A stretch of 64,000 bases of DNA from Euprymna scolopes (lineage: Eukaryota), in the NCBI GenBank assembly GCA_053919585.1, contig CM132794.1. One strand, 5' to 3'. Positions 11,953 through 22,049 of this stretch are shown here, one piece after another (the stretch's first letter is position 1; each line of letters begins with the position of its first letter). The translations under genes were made by a program, and so were the position numbers. The notes under the pieces are model-generated. The model worked only from the letters and a program-made list of their open reading frames with translations. It was not told where the DNA came from and did no database searches.

Positions 11953-12190
11953 CGATACAAAATAGCTTTAAAACTAACAATAACAATAGAAAACAAACAA
12001 ATAAATAAATTAAACATGAATATACATAAACGATCGCACATATATGTATATATATGTATATGTATATGCATGTGTGTGTGTACACATAGGTATATTCATA
12101 TATATATTAAAAAAAAAGGAGGAAAAAGATCTACCTTAAACCACTAACCTAGTTCTAAAACAGATCCTTTGTTCAATAAAATGCATGCCC

Positions 12191-12266
12191 ATTGGCTGAT
12201 AGGAGGGGGCGCGGTGGATACTAGAAAGCTGATTGGCTAACTAGAAATCCTCAACATATATAAAAA
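12191..12266 (+). promoter_or_regulatory. Putative Pol II promoter of the PLE pLTR (right arm), facing right
   Basis: ATTGG at 12191-12195, GGGGGCGCGG at 12205-12214, ATTGG at 12232-12236 and TATATAAAAA at 12257-12266. Confidence 0.55.
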
Positions 12267-12286
12267 CAAGAAGCAACCACAAAATT

Positions 12287-12350
12287 CGCGCATAAGCCTG
12301 ACGAATCCTACAGTGGATGAAACGCAGAGTATTCAGTGTAGCTTAGTCGC
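12287..12350 (+). ncRNA. Type I hammerhead ribozyme in the PLE pseudo-LTR (right arm)
   Basis: UAAGC (12293-97), CUGACGA (12298-304), stem II AUCC/GGAU, GAAA (12319-22), stem III ACGC/GUGU, GUA (12338-40), then GCUUA pairing with UAAGC; predicted cleavage after 12340. Confidence 0.88.
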
Positions 12351-12473
12351 CATATATATTTTATAAATTACTAACTAGCTCTACCTACGTATTGAGCACT
12401 TTAAGTAAATACTTAAAGTTTACGCATAAATCTATACTTTCGTATATTAAATTTATGTGAGTAAATGAAGTAG

Positions 12474-12530
<57 letters not shown>

Positions 12531-12534
<4 letters not shown>

Positions 12535-13059
12535 TCGGAAGTAGAGTGAAAAGCATATCTTATTTTTCTTTTATTAATATTATTATAATCTTTTCTTTTT
12601 TCCTTGTACACATTTTTGTGAATTATTCCATGGATTTCTGCCTTGGATTATTTTGGACCATTTTCCAATTACGGGATTTCCTGGGATTTGACTTGTACAA
12701 ATGGAAATTCTTTTAACTTTCTTGAAGTTTTACATTTGGATTTTACCGTCACTGGATTTTTTATATTCCACCAGACTATCCATTCATGCGTAATCACCTT
12801 GTTCTTCACGATATTCCCTCTGCTTCACTTTTTTTGTTTTCGAGTAAGATCTTTAACTTACTTGTTGTTTCATCAAATACTTCTGCATGCAAAATCCGAT
12901 CCCGCATTTTGCTAATTCCTACCCTTTTATGAGAAGGACAGTATTTCTTCGAAACTCCGTGGATTAAGGACTATCCACTTATCAAGTGTTTCCTTTTCAG
13001 ATTAAATATGTTTTTAACTCATTTCAAAGTGTTTTTTAACATATTTTATTAACAGTTTG

Positions 13060-13062
<3 letters not shown>
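12531..13062 (+). mobile_element. ~530-bp non-coding repeat flanked by (TA)n, with a degenerate hammerhead (PLE pLTR-like or retrozyme-like), copy 1
   Basis: Diverged reverse complement of 21418-21958; hammerhead-like motif at 12921-12970. Confidence 0.75.
12921..12970 (+). ncRNA. Degenerate type I hammerhead (CUGAUGA mutated to UUUAUGA)
   Basis: CCU-uUuAUGA-GAAGGA(cagtat)UUCUUC-GAAA-C UCCGUGGA-UUA/AGG. Confidence 0.55.
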
Positions 13063-13136
<74 letters not shown>

Positions 13137-13495
13137 GTTTGAGATTTTCAAAAGTCGGGAATAATGAAAGCAACGACGTTGTTAGATAGTGTTCAATAAC
13201 AAGAGCAAATTTTTTTTTATTATTTGAGGGTGAACAGTTACATATGGTCGCTACAAATAGCTATCTGTTTCAGTCAATGAGACATCGTCAGGCGACCCAG
13301 AACCCCTCGACGCCACAAAGAANNNNNNNNNNNNNNNNNNNNNNNNNNNNNNNNNNNNNNNNNNNNNNNNNNNNNNNNNNNNNNNNNNNNNNNNNNNNNN
13401 NNNNNNNNNNNNNNNNNNNNNNNNNNNNNNNNNNNNNNNNNNNNNNNNNNNNNNNNNNNNNNNNNNNNNNNNNNNNNNNNNNNNNNNNNNNNNNN

Positions 13496-15150
13496 GCGAT
13501 GAATAAGAGTTCAGTATGCAATCCTCAGCATCTCCTAAGCTCCTTGACAATCCTGCAGACGTCCGGCACACTTCTTCGCAGACGATGAACCTGTATATAC
13601 TCATCGGTCAAAGATGTCTTCTCGAGTGAACAGATAACCCTACTTTGCTTCGTGCTTTGAAACCACAGTAGCATGCATATTCATTTTTGGTGGATTTTTC
13701 TGATTATTTGTCTTCATATTTTCTACGAACGGCGTCCCTATGACGAAGGCGGTTATGTTAAAATTCTTTGGTCCCTAGAAAGCACATCTTCCTTCATTTG
13801 CTGCGATCACCTGCTGCACTCTCCTACGAGCACAAAGAAATTTCACACCGCTTCAGATTGTCTTTTAGTTTATCTTTGTACGAAGCACAGGACGCCCTAT
13901 TGATCAGTTGCCGATAAAAAGTTGCTTATGAACTCTTGAGTCATCCATTCTCACAAGATGACCCGACCACCGCATTTGTATCCTGATCAAAAATGATTCA
14001 ATACCAGTGATTTCACATCTCTCCAGTAATTCACTATTTGGAAAAGGATCCTGCCATCCAACATTGCAAATAAAACGCAGACATCTCATATGGAAGGAAT
14101 CTATCTGATGTGTATGCTTGCGTACAAAGTCGATACAGAAGAGTAGGTATAGCATCTTCAGACACTACGAGGTATGTAAAAGAAGATACGTTTTTCAAAG
14201 CTTCTCCATCAACATATACAACATATATGGTTTTGAAGAGGGTGTAGCGTTTCGTTTCGGCTGGTGAATAAGTTCAGTTTTTTACGCTAATTGTAAGACC
14301 GAAGGCCTTACATGCATCGGACAAGATGTTGAGGACGTTCTGCATGTCATCAAAACTATGGGTGACCAGAGCACAGTCATTAGCATAAAGGAAATGAAAA
14401 ACAGTCCTGGTTTTGACCTTGAACCGTTGCTGATTAAATACTCCTCCACTTGATCGATATTAAACACCTACACCTCCTGAGGTGTTCGTGAAAGTTGTCT
14501 CAAGCATCACTGCAAAGAAAAGAGCAAATAGGATCGGAGCAAGGTCACATCCTTGCTTAGTTCCATTTGACACTTCAAATGGTTCACTTTGTTCACAGCC
14601 AGATCGTACTCTCGCCACCATTCCCCAATGAAAAAAAATTAAGTAATCACATTCAACATCAACAGATAAAAAATAAATTCCTCTATGGTTATCACATTCA
14701 CACTTATTTTCTTTGTGCTTAAACAGGTGAATAATTGACGCACCTTTGAACTGTTGTGGCACGGTCCCAAGTTCCCATATTAATGAAAACAGGGCACTTT
14801 TTTCCTGGTTAGCAGATGGCTTCCGCATTGGTATACTTCTGAATGTATTCCGTCATCACCTGGAGCCTTATAATTTGAAAGTTGCTTTACAGCCCATTCA
14901 ATCACTGATATGGATGGACTGTCAGCAAGCCTCTCGATGGTTGGACTCTGGGGAATATCATTAATCACTCCCCGACCCACTGTCGATTCTCTGTTTAAAA
15001 TATTTTAAAAGTGTTCAGCCCCGCGCTTAGTAATTTCTTTCTTATCAATGATGAGAATGCCATTTGACGAAAATATTGGAGATGCTCCCCCCCCCCTTGA
15101 AATGGGACTAAACACCGCCTTAGGGTTTTGGTAAAATGATTTCATATATA
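13496..15150 (-). mobile_element. Degenerate RTE-clade LINE fragment (RT and C-terminus)
   Basis: Minus-strand pieces KAPGDDGIHSEVY, CECDNHRGI, GTKQGCDLAPILFALFF, LYANDCAL and FHMRCLRFI...WQD...MRWSGHLVRMDDSR; many stops, frameshifts and deletions. Confidence 0.85.
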
Positions 15151-15180
15151 GATGGCATATAATTATTTCTAAATATTTAT

Positions 15181-15266
<86 letters not shown>

Positions 15267-16322
15267 CATTTTCATTAAAAATATTTACTTCTACATATTT
15301 ATGGCAAATATATATTTCTTCATATTCATGACAACTATTGATTTCTACACATTCATGACATGTATTCATTTGTACATATTTATGACAATTATTTATTTAA
15401 AAATATTTATGACACTTTTTCTACGTAATTATGATATATTTCTACATATTTTTGACAAATATTTATTTCCTTATATTTTATTTCTACATATTTACGAAAG
15501 ATATATATTTCTTTATGGTTATTACACATATTTATTTCTATATATTTATGACGTATGTATATCTACATACTTATGACATATTTATTTCTGCATATAAATG
15601 ACATATATTTATTTCTTCATAAATTATGACTAATATTTATTTCTACATATTTATGACATATAATTATTTCTACATATTAATGACATATATTTCTAGATAT
15701 TTATGACATACATTTATTTATAACATATATTTATTTCTTATTATTATTATACATTTATTTCTACATATTTATGACATATAAATCTATATATTCATCACAT
15801 ATATATGTATTTTTACATCAAATATTTATTCCTATATATGTATGACAAATATATATTTCTACATAAATATTTATTTTTACATGTTTATGAAAGTATTTTT
15901 TCTACACATTTATGACAAATATTTTTTGTACATATTTATGACAAATGTTTTTTACATATTTATTACAAATATTTATTTCTACATATTTATGACATATGTT
16001 TATTTCTACATATTTATGACATCTTATTTTTATATATTTATGATATATATGTATTTCTAGATATTTATAAAAATATTTTTCTTCATATTTATGACGAGTA
16101 TATATTTCCATATATTTGTGAAAAATATTAATTTTTATGTATTTATTACACATATTAATTTCTAAATAGTTTTGACAAATATTTATTTCTACATATACGA
16201 CACATATTAATTATCACATGCTTTTTGACATAGATATTTTCTACATATTCATGGCATGAATTTCTACATATTTATTACATATTAATACATATTTATGACA
16301 AATATTGTTTTCATATTCATGA

Positions 16323-16324
<2 letters not shown>

Positions 16325-16362
<38 letters not shown>

Positions 16363-18726
16363 GGCATCACCACATTATCAAGGCCCAGAGGCCACTCAAG
16401 GATAAGGGTTAAAGAGTGTACAGTAGAAGTTGGTCAATATAGTAATCATTAGTAATGAAAATTTGGTAAATTTAATAACTTATATGGAACGGCTCATCAA
16501 GAACTTATTTACCTTAGACTTGAACACAACCATATTGTAGTCAGCCGGAAAGCAGGAAAACGGAAGACAATTCCACAGGCGTGCAGTTCTAAGAAAGAAG
16601 CTTTGTTCATGGAATCTATGTTTAGGTTTAGGCACAGATAAAGAGTGGGGGAAATTATTGATAGTGTTTACAGCTAGACGAGTGTTTCTTGTGAAAGTTT
16701 GGCGAGGGGGGACCATAGATTGAAGCTCAGTTGAACACTTTCCATGAAAATAACGATACATCAGAGACAAACTCGCAACATCTCTTCTGTGAGATAGAGG
16801 TTGTAAGGAGGAGAAAAGGACATCTCCTACGAGGCTACGAAGTCTATTTTGAACTCTATCAAGGCAGGACAAGTCCTTTCTAGCAGCTCCTGCCCAGATG
16901 TGGCAACAGTATTCCATCCTTGGACGTACCTGGCTCTTATATAGATAGAGAATAGCATCAGCAGTGAGATATCTACTGGATCGATAGAAAGATCCCACCA
17001 TTTTTCCAGCGGCCTTGGCAACAGATTTGATATACGTGTTCCATTTAAGGTCAGGAGTAATGGTCAAGCCCAGAAGCTTGTCAAAACTTGAGGCCTCCTG
17101 AAGACGAGAGCCATTCATTTCAATTGATGACAAATGTGGATTAAAATGTTGATGATGTAAAGAGAGAAGCTTGGTTTTAGATGCATTAAAAGTAACCAGC
17201 CACTCCTTTCCCCATTGTACTACATGCTCAAGATCAGAGGAGAGAGAATTGGAGAGTACTTGCTCGTTTACTGTCTTAGATGTGGTACCATAAATGGTAG
17301 TGTCGTCAGCATAAATGTCTACAAATGATGTAAGGATATGATTTGGAAGATCATTAATGTAGATCAGGAAAAGAGTTGGGCCCAGGATGGATCCCTGAGG
17401 GACACCGGCATTAATACTGAGAGCTTCTGATTTTTGCCCCTCAACTACTACTCTTATGAACCTATCAGAAAGAAATGATTTAATAATTGAGAAGACTTTT
17501 CCAGCTATACCATAGCTAGCGATCTTATGAAGTAAACCTTTATGCCATACCCTATCAAAGGCTTTAGATATGTCAAGAGCAATTGCCCTAGAAAGATTGC
17601 CACCGTCGAGAGATTTGCTAATCCTATGCGATATAACTGTAAGGACATCTGCTGTAGATCTAGCAGAACGGAAACCATATTGAGTGTCACTAAGAAGGTT
17701 ATTTTTGTTGAGATGTTTGATTACTTCTGTATTTAACACAGATTCTAGCAACTTACTCATGACGCACAGGAGACTTATTGGCCTGTACTGAGAGGGGGAT
17801 GAGCGATCACCTGAATTCTTAAATACAGGGCATACTGATGAGATTTTCCAGGGAGATGGGAAACTATTCTCCTTAAGACAACGTTTAAACAGTTTTGTAA
17901 GTATGGGCGCTAGTTCAGGTTGAAGTTTTTTGAGTACTATAATTGGAATACCATCAGGGCCAGTTGCTTTACTGGAATCAAGGTTTTTGATTAGCTTGGC
18001 AACATCATGTACAGATATACGTATATCACATAGCGTGTTTTCTGATACAGGAGGAAATATTGGGGGTTGGCGGTCTTGGTCGCAAATGGTAGAATTAGCT
18101 GCAAAGTTCTTGACAAAGAGTTTGGCTTTGTCTGATGCTGACGAGATTACCTCAGGTCCATTGATAATAGTTGGGATGGAGCACACGCTTCTGTTCAGGA
18201 TTCTGTTTGCTATTTGCCAAAACTGGTGGGAACCAAGCCGCTGCTCAGCTACTTTGGACTTAACAGATTGAGCATACAACTCTCTTGCGTTCCTTATTAC
18301 TTTCTTACAATGGTTGCTGGCAGTCCTGAAAACGGCTTTAGTTTCCATACATCTATTACGTTTGAAGCAGTGGAAAAAGTGATTTCTGTGCGCAATGGCA
18401 GCAGCACATTCTGGAGAAAACCATGGCTGGCTGTTAGGTTTTTGCTGAAACTTTTTAGAGGGTATGAAATGGTCAATACCTACAATTAACCATTCAGTTA
18501 GGTCTAATACTATAGAGGACACATCCTTTTTAAACATGGAATGCAGAGGTAGATCAGATATAAATGTACGGAAGCTATCCCAGTCAGCCTTAGTGTATCG
18601 ATATACTGTACGATGAAGTGGTACGTCTGGGGACTTATTACATTTCATTTTTATCTTAATTGATACAACAGAGTGGTCGGAAGATCCAAGAGGCGACAGA
18701 ACAGAAACTGAACATAGTTCAGGACA
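16325..18726 (-). mobile_element. CR1/L2-group LINE, 5'-truncated, young, with poly(A) tail
   Basis: Poly(T) at 16325-16357, short 3' UTR, uninterrupted RT frame reaching back to the last APE motif (PLGSSDH) near 18680; GACAT occurs at both junctions. Confidence 0.95.
16480..18648 (-). CDS. LINE ORF2 reverse transcriptase, 722 aa (open frame continues to the truncation point at ~18726)
   Basis: KATGPDGIP, YRPISLL, QYGFR, LDISKAFDRVWH, GVPQGSILGP, YADD and RPRMEYCCHIW; no stops. Confidence 0.93.
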   Translation of the reverse strand: MKCNKSPDVPLHRTVYRYTKADWDSFRTFISDLPLHSMFKKDVSSIVLDLTEWLIVGIDHFIPSKKFQQKPNSQPWFSPECAAAIAHRNHFFHCFKRNRCMETKAVFRTASNHCKKVIRNARELYAQSVKSKVAEQRLGSHQFWQIANRILNRSVCSIPTIINGPEVISSASDKAKLFVKNFAANSTICDQDRQPPIFPPVSENTLCDIRISVHDVAKLIKNLDSSKATGPDGIPIIVLKKLQPELAPILTKLFKRCLKENSFPSPWKISSVCPVFKNSGDRSSPSQYRPISLLCVMSKLLESVLNTEVIKHLNKNNLLSDTQYGFRSARSTADVLTVISHRISKSLDGGNLSRAIALDISKAFDRVWHKGLLHKIASYGIAGKVFSIIKSFLSDRFIRVVVEGQKSEALSINAGVPQGSILGPTLFLIYINDLPNHILTSFVDIYADDTTIYGTTSKTVNEQVLSNSLSSDLEHVVQWGKEWLVTFNASKTKLLSLHHQHFNPHLSSIEMNGSRLQEASSFDKLLGLTITPDLKWNTYIKSVAKAAGKMVGSFYRSSRYLTADAILYLYKSQVRPRMEYCCHIWAGAARKDLSCLDRVQNRLRSLVGDVLFSSLQPLSHRRDVASLSLMYRYFHGKCSTELQSMVPPRQTFTRNTRLAVNTINNFPHSLSVPKPKHRFHEQSFFLRTARLWNCLPFSCFPADYNMVVFKSKVNKFLMSRSI

Positions 18727-19259
18727 TATATTTATTTCTTTATATTTATGACAAATATTTATATATTTATATCATACATATTTTGGACATATATATGGCT
18801 ACATAATTATTATATATATTAATTTTAACATATTTGTGACATATGTATCCGCATATTTATGACAAATATTTATTTCTCCATATTTATGACAATTTTATAT
18901 TTCTACATATTTATGATATTTTTATTTTCTTTATATTTTTGAAATATACTTATTTCTCTATATCATGACAAATATTTTTATNNNNNNNNNNNNNNNNNNN
19001 NNNNNNNNNNNNNNNNNNNNNNNNNNNNNNNNNNNNNNNNNNNNNNNNNNNNNNNNNNNNNNNNNNNNNNNNNNNNNNNNNNNNNNNNNNNNNNNNNNNN
19101 NNNNNNNNNNNNNNNNNNNNNNCATGTTTTTGACAAATATTTATTTCTACATATTTATGACAGATATTTATTTTGACATATTTTATTTTGACATATTTAT
19201 GACAAATATTGATTTTTTTCATATTTATGACATTTATATATGTACATATTTATGACATA

Positions 19260-20586
19260 CAGTGTATCACAAAAATGAGTACACTCTTTACATTTCTTCA
19301 AATATTTAAGTATATCTTTTCATGGGACAACACTGAAAAAATTATTTTTGACACAATAAAAAGAAGTCTGCAGCATATATAACAGAGTTCATATATTTTC
19401 CCCTCAAAATATAGGCATTAAAACTAAATGCCTGGCAACAAAACTGAGTACACCCCTAAGAAACTACGCCCTTCAAAAGTGAGTACAATCCTAAAAAAAC
19501 TACACCCTAAACGTCTAAATTGAGTACTGTTTTTCCCCCTTCCAAAATATCATTAGCTGAGCGTCACATCCAAATGCTTTCTTTGAAAGATCGGCGAAGG
19601 AGTGCTGTTAGTATTGCTGCAGAGATTAAAGAGGCTGGGGTTCAGCCTGTTAGTGTTCAGACCATACGCCGCACACTACATCTATTTGGTGTGCCTGACT
19701 ATCACCTCAGGAGGAATCCACTTCTGAAGGCAGTACACAAGAAAACCCGCAAACAGTTTGCTGAATGCATGTCAACAAAGCCCATAGATTACTGGAACAA
19801 ATGAGACGAAATTTAATTTGTTTGGTTCTGATGTCCATAGGCATGTGTGGCACAGACCAGGTGAGGAGTACAAAGATGTGTCATGGCTACAGTCAAGCAT
19901 GGTGGTTGGAATGTCATGGTCTGGGCTGCATGAGTGCTGCAGGTATTGAAGAGTTACAATTCATTGAGGGAAACATGAATTCCAACATGTGCTGTCAAAT
20001 ACTGCAGCAGAGCATGATCTCCTCCCTCCAGAAACTGGGTCGCAAAGCAGTGTTCCAGCCTAATAATGACCAAAAACACACATCCAAGACAACCAATGCT
20101 TTACTGAAGAGGCTGAGGGTAAAAGTGATGGACTGGCCAAGCATGTCTCCAGACTTGAACCTAATAGACTGTCTTTGGGGCATCCTCAAGCAGAAGGCTG
20201 AGGTGCACAAAATCTAAAATATCTGCCAGCTCCACAATGTCGTAATTGAAGAGTTGAAGAGCATTCGAGTAGCTACATGTGAAGCTCTGGTAAACTCCAT
20301 GCCCAAGAGAGTAAATGCAGTTTTGGATAATGATGGTGGCCACATAAAATATTGAGAGTTGACCTGCTGTATGTTAATATTGACAACTTTTCGTAAGGGG
20401 TGTACTCACTTTTGTTGCCAGGGATTTAGCTTTAAAGGGAAAATAAATCAACTCTGTTATATATGCTGCAGACAGACTACTTTTCATTGCGTCAAAAATT
20501 CATTTTTTCATTGTTGTCCTATGAAGAGACATACTTAAATATTTGAAGAAATGTGAGGGGGGGGTAATCACTTTTCTGATGCACTT
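19260..20586 (+). mobile_element. Degenerate Tc1 (IR/DR type) with internal deletion
   Basis: TA|CAGTGTATCACAAAA...TTTTCTGATGCACTT|TA; ~200-bp imperfect TIRs with repeated AAAGTGAGTACAC-like motif; transposase pieces DETKFNLFGSD, TVKHGG, WPSMSPDLN and CEALVNSMPKRVNAVLDNDGGHIKY*. Confidence 0.92.
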
Positions 20587-20591
20587 TATTT

Positions 20592-20630
<39 letters not shown>

Positions 20631-21378
20631 TTCTAGATATTCATGACATATTTATTTCTACATATTTATGACATAAATATATATATATATATTTATGACA
20701 TGATTTTTTTGCATATTATGACAAATGTTTATTTCTCCATATTTATGACAAATAATTATTTCTACATATTTATGACGAATATTCATTTTTACATATTAAG
20801 GACAAACATTAATTTCTACATATTTATGATATATATTTATTTCTACATACTTATGATATATATTTATTTTTACATATTTATGACATATATTTATTGCTTC
20901 ATATTTATGACATATATTTATTGTTTCATATTTATGATATATATTTATTTCTACATTTTTTTAAATAAAAACTTATTTCTACATACTTATAGTGTATTCG
21001 GATTCATTTCCAATATATTTGCTACATATTCATAACATATTTATTTCTATATTTATTAATGACAACTATTTATTTCTAAACATTTATGACATATATTTTT
21101 CTTCGTATTTATGAGAAATATTTATTTCCACATTTTTATGACAAATAGTTATTTCTACATATTTGTGAAAAGTTTTTATTTCTAGATATTTATGACATAT
21201 AATTAGACATAATTTTGATATATATTTATTTCTAAATATCTATGAGATATATGATATACATATTTACGTCATGTTTTTATTTTTTCATATTTATGACAAA
21301 TATTCATTTTTACATATTTATGACATACATTTATTTCTATATATTTATGACATATATTTTTACAAACCTTTGATAACA

Positions 21379-21417
<39 letters not shown>

Positions 21418-21420
<3 letters not shown>

Positions 21421-21957
21421 CAAACAGTTAATAAAATATGTTAAAAAACACTTTGAAATGAGTTAAAAACATATTTAATCTGAAAAGGAAACACTAGATA
21501 AATGGATAGTCCTTAATCCGCGGGGTTACGAAAAAATACTTTCCTTCTCATCAGAGGGTAGGAATTAGCAAAATGCGAGATCGGATTTTGCATGCAGAAG
21601 TATTTGATGAAACAACAAGTAATTCAAAGATCTTACTTGAAAACAAAAAAAAAAGTGAAGCAGAGGGAATATGGTAAAGAAAAAGGTGATTACACACGAA
21701 TGGATAGTCTGGTGGAAGATAAAAAATCCAGTGACGGTAAAATCCAAATGTAAAACTTCAAGAAAATTAAAAGAATTTCCATTTGTACAAGTAAAATCCA
21801 AAGACATCCCATGATTGGAAGAAGATGGTCTACAATAATCCAAAGGCAGAAATCCATGGAATAATTCACAAAAATGTGTACAAGGAAAAAAAGAAAAGAT
21901 TCCAATAATATTAATAAAAGAAAAATAAGATGTGCTTTTCACTCTACTTCCGAGACA

Positions 21958-21958
<1 letters not shown>
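21418..21958 (-). mobile_element. ~530-bp hammerhead-bearing repeat, copy 2 (inverted)
   Basis: Reverse complement of 12531-13062; flanked on both sides by (TA)n. Confidence 0.75.
21510..21559 (-). ncRNA. Degenerate type I hammerhead (GAAA mutated to GUAA)
   Basis: Minus strand: CCU-CUGAUGA-GAAGGAA(agua)UUUUUUC-GuAA-C CCCGCGGA-UUA/AGG. Confidence 0.55.
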
Positions 21959-22023
<65 letters not shown>

Positions 22024-22049
22024 TATATGCGTTATAAAATTATATATAT

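Larger units (their letters stand above)
10542..12475 (+). mobile_element. Penelope-like element (probably Naiad clade), 5'-truncated, with 3' pseudo-LTR
   Basis: RT motifs FDLAMGARDSAEASDLVGL, IGLYRDDGL, NFLDVTL and YVNPKSNHPP; CxCx5CPx4C linker; GIY-YIG (VVY...YIG, FKTRYYDH); hammerhead in the 3' region; ends in (TA)n. Confidence 0.93.
15155..21375. repeat. Degenerate AT-rich minisatellite, ~27-bp unit (TATTTATTTCTACATATTTATGACAAA-like), interrupted by a LINE and a Tc1
   Basis: Recurrent TTTCTACATATTTATGACA in 15155-16324, 18727-19259 and 20587-21375; source of the FYIFMTNIY pseudo-ORFs. Confidence 0.92.

Noticed and set aside
10541-12190. Selenoprotein-type PLE (UGA recoding with SECIS)
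   Set aside because: The internal stop is TAA at a probable Tyr position, the Cys motifs use TGC/TGT, and no SECIS was recognisable by eye.
15169-21035. Repetitive FYIFMTNIY and ICHKYVEIN proteins
   Set aside because: Translations of the 27-bp minisatellite, whose unit length is divisible by three; no sign of a gene.
12531-21958. One 9.4-kb DNA transposon using the 530-bp copies as TIRs
   Set aside because: Each copy is separately enclosed by (TA)n, the copies are noticeably diverged, and the interior is unrelated TE debris; independent insertions are simpler.
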